NCBI GenBank assembly: GCA_033581555.1
Contig: JAVQSZ010000002.1
Coordinates: 141,778-205,777 of the forward strand
DNA: 64,000 nucleotides
Source of the DNA: Nitrososphaerota archaeon
Lineage (GTDB): Archaea; Thermoproteota; Nitrososphaeria_A; Caldarchaeales; Calditenuaceae
Direction of reading: 5' to 3'
The notes beneath the pieces were generated by a model. The model was not told where the DNA came from. It did not search any database and worked only from the letters and a program-made list of their open reading frames with translations. Both the position numbers and the translations under genes were made by a program. Numbering within the stretch: position 1 is the stretch's first letter; each line of letters opens with the position of its first letter. Shown piece by piece: positions 18,817 to 28,688 of the stretch.

Positions 18817-19344
18817 TCAGCCGTAACCCTCGACCTCCGGCCTCCTAACGGGGCCCCTCTTCGCCGCCGGGACCTCGCTCAGCGTCCCGATGATTCCCCT
18901 GAAGTCCTCCTTGACGACCGTTAGAGCGATGTGGGTGTTGGTCCTCTCGACGTACGGGATGCTCAGTATCCTCTTCGTGAAGTCGCTCAGCTCCTGCCTG
19001 TTCCTGAACTTCGAGACGACGATGCTGTCCACGACCCCCGTCACGTCGTAGACCGCGACCGTGTTCGGGAGCGAGGCGATCTCCCTCTGGACCTCCAGCA
19101 GCTTCCCCCTCGAGACCGTGACCGCGGTGATCGCGGTGAGCTCGAACCCCAGCTTCTCGGGGTCGACCAGCGCGGTGTAGCCCCTTATCACGCCCGCCGT
19201 CTCCATCCTCTTCACCCTGCTCGCGACCGTGCCTACGGAAGTGTTCAGCTTCTTCGCTATCTCCCTGAACGAACTTCTCCCATTTTCCACCAATTCCCTC
19301 AAAATGGCCACGTCAAGTTCGTCCAGCTCTACACCTTCACTCAT
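18817..19344 (-). CDS. Lrp/AsnC family transcriptional regulator (start ATG 19344)
   Basis: LDELDVAILREL..NGRSSFREIAKKL..TVASRVKRMETAGVIRGY; YDVTG RAM domain. Confidence 0.93.
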   Translation of the reverse strand: MSEGVELDELDVAILRELVENGRSSFREIAKKLNTSVGTVASRVKRMETAGVIRGYTALVDPEKLGFELTAITAVTVSRGKLLEVQREIASLPNTVAVYDVTGVVDSIVVSKFRNRQELSDFTKRILSIPYVERTNTHIALTVVKEDFRGIIGTLSEVPAAKRGPVRRPEVEGYG

Positions 19345-19442
19345 ACCCTCTGTACAATTAAACAGCAAATTTACCTTTTCTATAGACAAACGTACCGCAG
19401 GCGCGGAAAGCTTATAGCCGAAGTCTTAGCGGAGGCCGCGAA
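19345..19442. promoter_or_regulatory. AT-rich divergent promoter region, lrp / glnA
   Basis: Marked AT enrichment; GGAAAG-CTTATAG BRE/TATA-like element ~30 bp before glnA ATG; GGAGG SD. Confidence 0.6.
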
Positions 19443-20921
19443 ATGGTGTTGGCGGCGTACGAGAGGGCCAGAGCGAAGCCCTGGGAGACGACCGCGGAGC
19501 AGGTGATGGAGCTGATTAAGCAGGAGAACGTCAGGTTCGTCGACCTGCAGTTCACCGACCTGCCCGGGAAGCTCCAGCACGTGACCGTCACAGCGGAGTA
19601 CTTCGACATAGAGCACTTCGAGGAGGGCGTCCCGAAGCTCGACGGCTCCTCGATCAGGGGCTTCGCGGAGATCTACGAGTCCGACATGGTCCTGAGGCCT
19701 GACCCTGCGACGTTCGCACTGCTGCCGTGGGGGCCGGAGAGCTCTAAGACGGCCAGGATGATCGCCGACGTCTACAAGGGCTTCGGAGAGGGCAGGTTCT
19801 CGAGGGACCCGAGGTACGTCGCGCAGAGGGCCGAGCAGTACCTGAAGGAGCAGGGCTTCGACGTCTCCTACTGGGGCCCGGAGATAGAGTTCTTCGTCTT
19901 CGACCGGGTCCACTGGGACGTCTCGACACCGCAGCGGGGCATGGCCTATAAGATCGAGTCGAGGGAGGGAGCATGGAACTCCTCTGCGGACGGTCACGGA
20001 TACCCGATCAGGTACAAGGAGGGCTACTTCCCGGCCCCACCTCAAGACACGCTGATGGAGTTCAGGAACGAGATGAGTAGGGTTCTCCTCGACTACTTCG
20101 GGATCCAAGTCGACGCCCACCACCACGAGGTCGCGACCGCCGGACAGTGCGAGATCGACATGAAGTTCGACGCGCTCGTCAGGATGGCCGATAAGGCCCA
20201 GACCTACAAGTACGTCGCGAGGAACGTCGCGAACCAGATGGGCCTGATAGCGACCTTCATGCCGAAGCCGATATATGGTGACAACGCCTCGGGGATGCAC
20301 GTCCACGTCAGCCTCTGGAGGGACGGCGTGAACCTCTTCTTCGACCCGAACGACGGCTACGCTGAGCTCAGCCAGCTCGCGAGATACTTCGTCGGAGGAC
20401 TCCTCGAGCACAGCAGGGCCCTGGCTGCGATCGTGGCTCCGACCACCAACTCCTACAAGAGACTGGTCCCGGGCTACGAGGCTCCGATCTTCATCGCTTG
20501 GAGCAGGTCCAACAGGTCCGCCAACGTAAGGATCCCGGTGTACGTCAGGGGGACGAAGAAGGCCGCGAAGTCGAAGAGGGTCGAGTTCAGGACGCCCGAC
20601 CCGTCAGCGAACCCGTACCTCTGCTTCTCCGCGATGTTGATGGCCGGACTCGACGGCATTAAGAGGAAGATCGACCCCGGCTCGCCGGTCGACGAGAACA
20701 TCTACCACCTGACGCCCCAGAGAAGGAGGGAGCTGGGGATCAGGGAGCTCCCGGGGAGCCTGAAGGAGGCGGTGGAATCCCTCCTCTCGGACAGGGAGTT
20801 CCTCAAGCCGGTCTTCACCGACGACGTCGTCGAGGCGCTGGTCGAGTGGGAGATGTCGCAGTACAAGGCGGTCAGCGCGCTTCCGCATCCATACGAGTTC
20901 TACCTGTACTTCGACAGCTGA
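19443..20921 (+). CDS. glnA: Glutamine synthetase type I
   Basis: DGSSIRGF, GPEIEFF, HHHEVATAGQCEI, FMPKP..NASGMHVH, YKRLVPGYEAP, NRSANVRIP, EFRTPDP. Confidence 0.98.
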   Translation: MVLAAYERARAKPWETTAEQVMELIKQENVRFVDLQFTDLPGKLQHVTVTAEYFDIEHFEEGVPKLDGSSIRGFAEIYESDMVLRPDPATFALLPWGPESSKTARMIADVYKGFGEGRFSRDPRYVAQRAEQYLKEQGFDVSYWGPEIEFFVFDRVHWDVSTPQRGMAYKIESREGAWNSSADGHGYPIRYKEGYFPAPPQDTLMEFRNEMSRVLLDYFGIQVDAHHHEVATAGQCEIDMKFDALVRMADKAQTYKYVARNVANQMGLIATFMPKPIYGDNASGMHVHVSLWRDGVNLFFDPNDGYAELSQLARYFVGGLLEHSRALAAIVAPTTNSYKRLVPGYEAPIFIAWSRSNRSANVRIPVYVRGTKKAAKSKRVEFRTPDPSANPYLCFSAMLMAGLDGIKRKIDPGSPVDENIYHLTPQRRRELGIRELPGSLKEAVESLLSDREFLKPVFTDDVVEALVEWEMSQYKAVSALPHPYEFYLYFDS

Positions 20922-21130
20922 CCCTCACAGGCGTTGAACCGCAGCTTTTTCGTTCATGCCGTGCGAGAATTCAATTGCTCCCTCGCAATCCCATACTCGC
21001 TGAGACTGATCGCGGATCGGCCTTCATAGAGGAGCTCGGCGCTCAAGATCGCTCTCATCTCCAGAGGATCGACCTGGCCAGACCCCTCATCGCACTTAAG
21101 ACTAACGCCGACTGACTCATAAACGGTGAC

Positions 21131-22507
21131 TCAGTTGAGGAGCGACCAGACGACCGCGACGACCGAAGCGGGCATCGATCCTATCAGGCCTGGCTTGAGC
21201 CACTCCTTGAACGTCATGTGACCCAACCTCTGCCTCTCGATCATCCCGATCGCAACGATGTTCGCCGTGCTACCGATCATGGTGAGGTTGCCGATGTAGG
21301 TCCCTGCGAAGAGCATGAGCCACCAGACGATCGGACCGACGGTCCCCGTGGCGAGGAGCTCCTGCACCACGGGAATCCAGAAGGCCACCGCGAGCACGTT
21401 GTCCATGAACGCGCTCATGAACCCGACGACGAGGTAGAACGCGGGTATCCAGAAGTGCTCGGGGAGCGCGAAGAAGGGCGACAGGACCCCAGAGATGAAC
21501 TCGGTCACGCCCGTGTACCTCAGCGTGCCCACCGAGGCGAAGAAGAGCATGAAGAACGTCAGAGTCCACCAGTCGACCCTCCTCTCTATCAGCTCCCTCG
21601 CCTTCTCCCTCTCGATCAGAAGGACCGCGCCTGCGCCGACCATCGCGACGCCTATCAACATAGTGTTCTTCTTCAAACCTAGGAGCTCCTCGATCGGCGT
21701 GTGGAGCACGAGCCCTCCTATCACGCCCAGGAAGACGATCAGGGCGGTCCTGTCGATGCCGTGTACGCCGTTCGCGTGCGGTGTCGCGACCTGCCTCACC
21801 TCAGCGGCCCTCGCCCCCCTCAGCTTCGCGTCGAGTTCCCTCATGAACCCCCTGAAGTAGGACCTGCACGCGAAGTAAGTCACGAACGTCGCGACGATCG
21901 CCGGTGGTGTCGCCCACCTGAGGAAGTCGAGGAACCCATAACCCGAGTTCAGTGCGATCAGCACGCCTATCGGGTTCCCGACGACCGTGGCGCTGCTGCC
22001 GATGTTGGTGGCGAAGACCGTCATCAGCATCAGCGGTATCAGGGGGACTTGGAACCTGCTCGCTAGCGTAATGGCCGAGGACATCATGAAGAGTATCGAG
22101 GTCACTTCGTCCACGAGGGCCGCTGAGAGAGCGGACATCAGCATGAGTATGAGTATCAACCGGTCCGCGCTGCTCCCCCCAACCTCTAAAACTCTGTCGA
22201 CCACTACCTCGAAGAACCTCCTCTCCTCGAGGAACCCGATCACGGTCATCATGCAGAGGAGGAAGACGATCACGTCGAGGCTCGCGAACTCTATGAACGT
22301 GGGGACGTCGAGCAGCCTTGTCGCCATCAGGACGAAGACGCCGACGAGTGCGAAGGCGAGCCTGAACTTCCAGAAGAGGAGTGTCCCGCCGATGATCGCG
22401 GTGAAGATGGCCGTCGCTATCGCCTGGCTGGCCGAGAGTCCCGCGACTAGCGCCAAGACCCCGAACGTTATCGGTATCAGCGGGTAGGCTGCTCCCTTCG
22501 CGCGCAT
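21131..22507 (-). CDS. ArsB/NhaD/CitMHS (ion transporter superfamily) permease
   Basis: SALVDEVTSIL, TNIGSSATVVGNP, SAFMDNV, GNLTMIGSTANIV. Confidence 0.88.
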   Translation of the reverse strand: MRAKGAAYPLIPITFGVLALVAGLSASQAIATAIFTAIIGGTLLFWKFRLAFALVGVFVLMATRLLDVPTFIEFASLDVIVFLLCMMTVIGFLEERRFFEVVVDRVLEVGGSSADRLILILMLMSALSAALVDEVTSILFMMSSAITLASRFQVPLIPLMLMTVFATNIGSSATVVGNPIGVLIALNSGYGFLDFLRWATPPAIVATFVTYFACRSYFRGFMRELDAKLRGARAAEVRQVATPHANGVHGIDRTALIVFLGVIGGLVLHTPIEELLGLKKNTMLIGVAMVGAGAVLLIEREKARELIERRVDWWTLTFFMLFFASVGTLRYTGVTEFISGVLSPFFALPEHFWIPAFYLVVGFMSAFMDNVLAVAFWIPVVQELLATGTVGPIVWWLMLFAGTYIGNLTMIGSTANIVAIGMIERQRLGHMTFKEWLKPGLIGSMPASVVAVVWSLLN

Positions 22508-22561
22508 GGGATCACCTGGCGCTCTTCTGTGTGCCTTAAGATATACTAGAGACCGGCGCGC

Positions 22562-25135
22562 TTAGGCGAAGAACTGCTCCAAGCTCCCGACCCCGACGAT
22601 CACGTCGAAGTCCATGTCGAGGCTGTCGAGGACCTGCTCGAAGGTCGACCTCATGTACTCGATGTACTTCTCGACGTCCACCTGGTCTTTCGATATCTTG
22701 ACGCTCGGGTGGAGGGGCGCGACGCCGACCTTGTCCTTGGTCTTCACGTACCTGATGATATCGCCCGAGGTCACCTGAACGCCGTGTTGCTGCAGAATCT
22801 TCGCGGCCTTCACGTGGGGAGGCGTAGTCTCGGTGTAGCTCTCAGGCTGCTTGGAGAGCATCACGCTGAACGCGAGCTCGCTCAGCTCGAACTCCCTCTT
22901 CCTCAGCTTCCTGTGCCACGTCTTGATCAGGTCCGCGATGTGCCTCTTCACGGTCTCGAGGTCCTCGGGCGTCCTAACGTTGGCCAGCTCCTGGAGCATC
23001 GAGTTGAAGGCCTCCCTGATGAAGTCGGGGATGTGCCTCTTCTTCCCCGTCAAGCCCTTCACGTCGACCACGCCCTTCGACGTCAGGCCGAGGTAGTTCT
23101 TCTTCCTCGACGAGAAGACGATGTAGACGTACTCCTTGTCAGGCTCGAGGTCGAGTCCTAGCTCCGTCGCGGCCCACCTGATGAGTTTCTCGAGGATCGC
23201 GCCGTCTGCGCCCTTGAGGAAGAGCGAGTCGGTGTCTCCGTAGACCACGGTCGCGCCGAGCTCCCTTACCTTCTCGATCGCAGACTTGAAGACGTACCTG
23301 CCGATCGCCGCGGTGCTCTCGGCGAGGGGCGGGCAGTAGAGCGGAAACTCCTCGAACCCGAAGACGCCGTACGAAGCGTTGAGGAAGACCTTCGTCGCCT
23401 TCTGGACCACGTCGTACCACCTCCTCTGGCCCTCGGGGAGGCTCTTGTCGGAGCTCCGGGGCTTGTAGAGTCCGACCCTCACTTCCTTCAGGGCCCCTAT
23501 GATCGAGCTCTGGAGGCCTCTGTTCTTGGTGCAGACCCAGTGGGGCGTCTCCGGGACTAGGTTCCTCCTGCACTCCTCATGCGGGCACCTGATGGTCTCG
23601 TAGCTGAGGTTCCACCGGGCGAGGACGGATGGGTACAGCGACGCGAAGTCGACGACCTTCACGTCGAAGTGGATCCCGGGCGCCGGGTCGACGACGATCG
23701 CTCCCCTGTACTTCTTCCCCTCGATGACGGCCTTCGTGACCGTCCCTCCCTTGACCTCAAGGATCTCCTCCTTCCTCGGGATCAGCCAGCCCCTCCTCCT
23801 GTGCTCGAAGTAGAGGAGGTTCTTGATCCATCCCGATACGCCGTGCCTGCAGAGGTCCTCGACGGGGAGCCTGCTGATCCTGCAGAGGACCATCATCAGC
23901 CTCAGGACCAGCCTGTCCTCGAATGTGAGGAGGTTGTAGACGAGCTCGGCGTCGTTCATGCAGTACTCCGCGAGCTTGACGGCCGAGAGGGAGGAGATCG
24001 GCTCCTCGATCTTCACCTTCCCCTTCCCGAGGAGGGCCTGGGAGATACCCTCGAGGGTGAACTCCCTGTACTTGTTGTCGAAGGCGTAGATCTGGATCGA
24101 CTTGTTGAGGAAGAAGGAGTAGAGGTCGACGTGGACCGCCCTCACGAAGGTCGCGCCCTCGCGTCCCAGGACTATCGGGACCTTCTCCTTCGGTATGCCT
24201 AGCCGCTCGGCCCTGTTCCGGAGATAGGGGAGGTCGAAGTCGTCGCCGTTGAAGGTCGCGATCACTGCATACTCGCTGTCGAGCACCGCGAAGACCTCCT
24301 CGAGCATCTCCCGCTCTGACCCGTGGGTGATCATCCTGTAGCCGTCCCCCTCGACCGTCGACGGCCCGGCACCCTCGACCAGCACGTGGACGTCCTTCCT
24401 TCCGTCGGATCCACGTATCGCGACCGCGACGACCTTGTCCTCAGCCTTAGACGGGTCAGGGACCCTCGTGGCGATCGGGTTAGCGACCTCGATATCGATC
24501 CCGCAGACCGGGAGGTCGGGCTGGTCGGCCTCGAGGAGTCGTATCCAGTCCGCGACGAGTTCGAGGTCCCTCTCCTCGACGCCCTTCAGCCTCCTGGCGA
24601 TCGAGATCGCCTCCGAGGTGTCCATGGTGTACAGCGTGAGCCGGCCGTCCTCCCCGAGGAGGTATGGAGCTCCAACGATCAGGCCCCTGTCCATCAGGTA
24701 GTTCAGGTGGTAGGGTATGTCCGCCTCCCACGCCGTCACCTTCTCCCTCACCGAATACGCCCTTCCGCCGATGGTCAGAGGGTCCTTCGCGATCGCCTTC
24801 GTCATGGTCTTCTCTTGCTGCCTCAGCGCGTCGAAGAGTCTGACCCTCTCGAAACCGACCAACCTCTCGATGGTCTCCTTGAGCGCAGCCCGCAGCTCAG
24901 ACTCGTCGAGGTCAGAGTAGCAATAGGGGAGGTGGCCCGTGTTGTCCTCGAGGAGCTCGACCCTCTTGGTATGGGGGTTGTAGAGCTTCAGGTACGCCTT
25001 ACCTTTAGCGCCGTCGTACGCCGCCGAGAGCAGGAACCTGAGGTTCTCCGGCCAGGTCCTCTCGAAGCGGAGGGGCTCCTGCTTGGGGATCCCAGACGTC
25101 GTGGGAGCGAGAACGTCGGTGAGCTTCAGCTGCAT
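22562..25135 (-). CDS. polB1: Family B DNA polymerase, PolB1 type (likely start ATG 25135)
   Basis: DIEV (ExoI), FNGDDFD (ExoII), DFASLYPS, KVFLNASYG, YGDTDS, KKNY. No intein seen. Confidence 0.95.
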   Translation of the reverse strand: MQLKLTDVLAPTTSGIPKQEPLRFERTWPENLRFLLSAAYDGAKGKAYLKLYNPHTKRVELLEDNTGHLPYCYSDLDESELRAALKETIERLVGFERVRLFDALRQQEKTMTKAIAKDPLTIGGRAYSVREKVTAWEADIPYHLNYLMDRGLIVGAPYLLGEDGRLTLYTMDTSEAISIARRLKGVEERDLELVADWIRLLEADQPDLPVCGIDIEVANPIATRVPDPSKAEDKVVAVAIRGSDGRKDVHVLVEGAGPSTVEGDGYRMITHGSEREMLEEVFAVLDSEYAVIATFNGDDFDLPYLRNRAERLGIPKEKVPIVLGREGATFVRAVHVDLYSFFLNKSIQIYAFDNKYREFTLEGISQALLGKGKVKIEEPISSLSAVKLAEYCMNDAELVYNLLTFEDRLVLRLMMVLCRISRLPVEDLCRHGVSGWIKNLLYFEHRRRGWLIPRKEEILEVKGGTVTKAVIEGKKYRGAIVVDPAPGIHFDVKVVDFASLYPSVLARWNLSYETIRCPHEECRRNLVPETPHWVCTKNRGLQSSIIGALKEVRVGLYKPRSSDKSLPEGQRRWYDVVQKATKVFLNASYGVFGFEEFPLYCPPLAESTAAIGRYVFKSAIEKVRELGATVVYGDTDSLFLKGADGAILEKLIRWAATELGLDLEPDKEYVYIVFSSRKKNYLGLTSKGVVDVKGLTGKKRHIPDFIREAFNSMLQELANVRTPEDLETVKRHIADLIKTWHRKLRKREFELSELAFSVMLSKQPESYTETTPPHVKAAKILQQHGVQVTSGDIIRYVKTKDKVGVAPLHPSVKISKDQVDVEKYIEYMRSTFEQVLDSLDMDFDVIVGVGSLEQFFA

Positions 25136-25227
25136 CCACACTTCCCTTCGCGCGAGGGTGATTAAGGTTTGCCGACCGTGGAACTTAGCGAATTCCACTT
25201 ATATCGATCCCGCCGCGAACCGAGCTG

Positions 25228-27477
25228 ATGCGGGGCCGAGCCGCGCTGGTCGCCTCGCTGGTCGCGGGGCTGATCTTGAGGTCGGCCTTAGCGCCGGTGA
25301 CCGGCCACCCCTGGGACGTGCACGTCTGGCTCCGCACAGCGGAGCTCTTCACGAGCGGTTACTGGAACGTTTACACGGTCTCCGAGATACCCCAGTTCCC
25401 CTGGGGGTTCTACAGTTACCCTCCGGTCTGGCTCCTCGTGGTCGCGGCAACCTACGCGGCCTCGGGGGCGAACTCGGCGCCGACCTGGGCGGCCGTCGGC
25501 GCGATAAAGGCCCCAATCGTAGTCGCGGACGTCTTGGTGGCGGTTTGGATCTACAGGCTCTCCAGGGCAGTAGGAGTCGGGGAGAGGAGGTCTCAGACCC
25601 TCGCGATCGCCTACGCCCTCAACCCCGTCGCGGTCTTCATCTCCGGCGTGTGGGGGATGTTCGACCCGATTGCTGTGCTGTTCGCGTTGGTGGCGCTCGA
25701 GCTCCTGATTAAGGGGAGGTTCACGGCCTCAGGGGTCGCGCTGGGCCTCGGCATCGCGACGAAGCTCTTCCCCATCTTACTTTTACCGGTCACGGTGATC
25801 CACATCCGAACGGTTAGCGGCGAAAGGTTCGGCGGCGCGGTGATCGGCCACATCCTGGCCGCTGTCGGTGTTCCAATCGCGCTCTCCATGCCTTTCCTCG
25901 TGGACGCGCCGATGAACTTCCTCGGGAAGCTGCTCTACCACACGGCTAACGTCGGCCAGTTCACCTACTGGGCCCTGATCTACCCGTTCTTAGGCAAGGA
26001 GCTCTCGTCCATAGCGTCATACTCGATGCTGGCGGCGCTGTACGCGAGGTTGCTCTCGAGGTACGCGGGGGAGGGGGTCCCGGACGCGCCCGCGGTCGTG
26101 AGGCGCTCGACGGCAATGATCGCGGTGTTCTTGGCCTGCTCGACGAAGGTGAACGTCCAGTACCTGTTGTGGTTGATGCCGGTCGCCTTCGTCGCGGCCT
26201 CGGTGGACTCGGAGGGCATAGGGAAGAGGATCTGGGGGTCGATCGCGATACTGAACGTCGCAGCGGTCCTCTTCCTCGTCTACGTCACGAACCTCACCGG
26301 GTTCTCGATCGACTCCCTCGGCAGGGTCTCGCCGACCGCGCCGGTCGACGTGGGCCTCGCTGGGACCCTCTTGGTTCTTGCCGCGGTCCTAGCTGGATGG
26401 CAGTTCGTCAGGCTGGGGACGTTCGAAGTCTTGGGCGGTAAGTTCGACGCGGAGCTCGTCAAGCGGTTCGGGGTTGCCTCGATGCTAACGGTGCTGGTCG
26501 CGGCGGCCCTCGTGGTCCCAGCGCCAAGGGGCGTGAACCTGAACTGCGACGGCGAGAGGATCGCGGTCGTCGAAGGGCCCGATTCGTTCTTCCTCCCGAA
26601 CGGGTCGCCGGACGTAAAGCTGATTGAGAGGGCCGGAGGGCCGACCGCGGTCGCTATACCCTTCGGGCTTGACCTCTTCCTCCTCTACGACGGTCGGAAG
26701 GACATCAGGCTCGACCCGCACGTGAAGTTCAGGATAGGGAGGGACGACTGGGACGTCTCGAGGTTGGCCTCGTCCGTCAGATCCCTCAAGGGGCTCGGGC
26801 TGAGGGTCCTCCTGGGGATCTACGCGCACCGTGGGAAACCTCTAGTAAGCTACGGGGTCCAGGGCTTCACGACCCGGCTCCTCGAGTCGACTTATCCTCA
26901 TGCGGTCAAGGGGGACCTTATCGACTTCACGACCAGGCTGGAGGGGCGAGACGTCACGCTCGCGTCGCTGATCGGTGAGAGGGCCATCTCCTTGATGAGG
27001 GACGTAGGGTTCGACGGGATCTATGTGATCACGGAGCACGAGCACAGGGACGGCGTTTGGAGGTTCAACCCGACCGTGATAGAGCTGCTCGTCGAGCTGA
27101 GGAAGAGGGCGGGAAGGAATGCGACGCTGATCTTCGACGGGATCGACCCCTTGACGGAGCAGGTCGACTGGGTCGATGAGGTGGCCGCGGTCTCGGACGT
27201 CGTCGTCCTGAGGACATCGCCGTGGATGAGGAGGCTGAAGTCCAACTACCTCGAGGACGGGCAGCTCGAGAGGATCGCTGACGCAGTCAAGGGGCTGCTC
27301 GGCCGTCACGACCTCAACAAGTTCGCGTATGCGCTCTACGTCGTCGACTTCTCCGAGGGCTGGGTCGTCCCCGGGATACAGGTCCAGGCGGAGACCGAGG
27401 AGCTGGGGATGCTGATCAGGTCCTGCGTCGTCTACCACGCTAGCGTATACCTGCCCTATCGGTTGAGCTCGAGCTGA
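25228..27477 (+). CDS. GT-C (GT87/PIG-M-like) membrane glycosyltransferase fused to a C-terminal glycoside-hydrolase-like domain
   Basis: N-terminal GHPWD, YSYPP, KAPIVVAD, LNP...SGVWGMFD, K.FP, VNVQY; soluble C-terminal ~310 aa with LRVLLG and GFDGIYV barrel-like motifs. Confidence 0.7.
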   Translation: MRGRAALVASLVAGLILRSALAPVTGHPWDVHVWLRTAELFTSGYWNVYTVSEIPQFPWGFYSYPPVWLLVVAATYAASGANSAPTWAAVGAIKAPIVVADVLVAVWIYRLSRAVGVGERRSQTLAIAYALNPVAVFISGVWGMFDPIAVLFALVALELLIKGRFTASGVALGLGIATKLFPILLLPVTVIHIRTVSGERFGGAVIGHILAAVGVPIALSMPFLVDAPMNFLGKLLYHTANVGQFTYWALIYPFLGKELSSIASYSMLAALYARLLSRYAGEGVPDAPAVVRRSTAMIAVFLACSTKVNVQYLLWLMPVAFVAASVDSEGIGKRIWGSIAILNVAAVLFLVYVTNLTGFSIDSLGRVSPTAPVDVGLAGTLLVLAAVLAGWQFVRLGTFEVLGGKFDAELVKRFGVASMLTVLVAAALVVPAPRGVNLNCDGERIAVVEGPDSFFLPNGSPDVKLIERAGGPTAVAIPFGLDLFLLYDGRKDIRLDPHVKFRIGRDDWDVSRLASSVRSLKGLGLRVLLGIYAHRGKPLVSYGVQGFTTRLLESTYPHAVKGDLIDFTTRLEGRDVTLASLIGERAISLMRDVGFDGIYVITEHEHRDGVWRFNPTVIELLVELRKRAGRNATLIFDGIDPLTEQVDWVDEVAAVSDVVVLRTSPWMRRLKSNYLEDGQLERIADAVKGLLGRHDLNKFAYALYVVDFSEGWVVPGIQVQAETEELGMLIRSCVVYHASVYLPYRLSSS

Positions 27478-27525
27478 CGTTCTGTCCGCGCCGGTTTAGG
27501 CTTAAAAAGACCCACCGGTCGGATA

Positions 27526-28149
27526 GTGAAAGAATTGCTGGAGACTTGGACGCCTAGGACGAAGGTCGGTCAACTGGTCAGGTCCGGTAGGATAAACTCG
27601 ATCGAGGAGCTGATCGCGAACCACTACAGGATCACGGAGCCCGAGATCGTCGACTACCTGATGCCGAACATCGAACAGGAGGTGATCGACATACAGATGG
27701 TACAGAGACAGACCGACGCGGGCGAGAGGTCGAGCTACAGGGCGATCGTCGCGGTGGGGAACAGGGACGGTTACGTCGGACTGGGCGTGGGGAAGTCGAC
27801 CCACGTGGTGATGGCGATAGAGAAGGCGACCATGCGGGCGAAGATGAACCTGTCCCACGTCGTCAGAGGGTGCGGGAGCTGGGAGTGTGCGTGCGGCGAG
27901 CCTCACAGCCTCATCACGAGGGTCAGGGGCAAGTACGGGAGCGTCGAGATCGAGGTACTTCCGGGCCCGAGGGGGCTGGGGCTTGTGGCAGGCGACATCG
28001 CGAAGACGATCCTGAGGCTGGCAGGGGTCGAGGACTGCTGGACGAGGACCTTCGGCGAGACCAGGACGCCGCTAAGCATGGCCGGCGCGACGTACGTCGC
28101 CCTGAAGAACACGCTGAAGTTCGTCCTTCCCGCGGCTTGGAAAGCCTGA
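27526..28149 (+). CDS. rps5: 30S ribosomal protein uS5
   Basis: WTPRTKVG, QRQTDAGE, VGNRDGYVGLG, RGCGSWEC, PGPRGLGLVAG. Confidence 0.97.
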   Translation: MKELLETWTPRTKVGQLVRSGRINSIEELIANHYRITEPEIVDYLMPNIEQEVIDIQMVQRQTDAGERSSYRAIVAVGNRDGYVGLGVGKSTHVVMAIEKATMRAKMNLSHVVRGCGSWECACGEPHSLITRVRGKYGSVEIEVLPGPRGLGLVAGDIAKTILRLAGVEDCWTRTFGETRTPLSMAGATYVALKNTLKFVLPAAWKA

Positions 28150-28161
28150 AGGTGGTGGCGC

Positions 28162-28641
28162 TTGGAGGGCTCAGCGAAGTGCTACCTCGTGATCAGGTTA
28201 AGGGGGCCGTCCGGCCTCAGCGAGGAGGTCGAGTACACGCTCAGGCTCATGCACCTCAGGAGGAGCCAGTGGGCCTCCCTCGTGAGGGCAGACCCCTCGT
28301 ACCTGGGGATGCTGAACAAGGTCGCGCCCTACGTCACCTGGGGCGAGCCGGACCCTGAGGTCCTCGCGAAGCTGTTCAGGAAGAGGGCCGAGTCGTGGAA
28401 CCGCGCGCCGCTTTCGGATGTGCTCTCCAGATTGGGCTGCAAGGACGAGCTCGAGCTGGCGAGGAAGGTCGTATCGGGCGAGATAAAGCTCGGGGAGCTC
28501 TTCAACCACCTCAAGCCCTACTTCAGGCTCCACCCGCCCAAAGGGGGTTACAGGAGGAGCACCAAGAGGATGTTCGCCGACAAGGGCGAGGCCGGGTACA
28601 GGGGACAGGCCATCAACGAGCTCCTGCGCAGGATGATCTGA
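28162..28641 (+). CDS. rpl30: 50S ribosomal protein uL30 (archaeal)
   Basis: VIRLRG, TLRLMHL, GML.KV..YVTWGE, FRLHPPKGG, GYRGQAINELL.RMI. Confidence 0.96.
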   Translation: MEGSAKCYLVIRLRGPSGLSEEVEYTLRLMHLRRSQWASLVRADPSYLGMLNKVAPYVTWGEPDPEVLAKLFRKRAESWNRAPLSDVLSRLGCKDELELARKVVSGEIKLGELFNHLKPYFRLHPPKGGYRRSTKRMFADKGEAGYRGQAINELLRRMI

Positions 28642-28688
28642 GCCCTCGCCAAAGGATATCAGTACCTCGGGAATACGAGCTCCCGGGA

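Noticed and set aside
20954-21133. Open frame continuing past the permease TGA (possible selenocysteine or readthrough)
   Set aside because: The permease is complete at the stop, the extension has no motif, and I saw no SECIS-like element.
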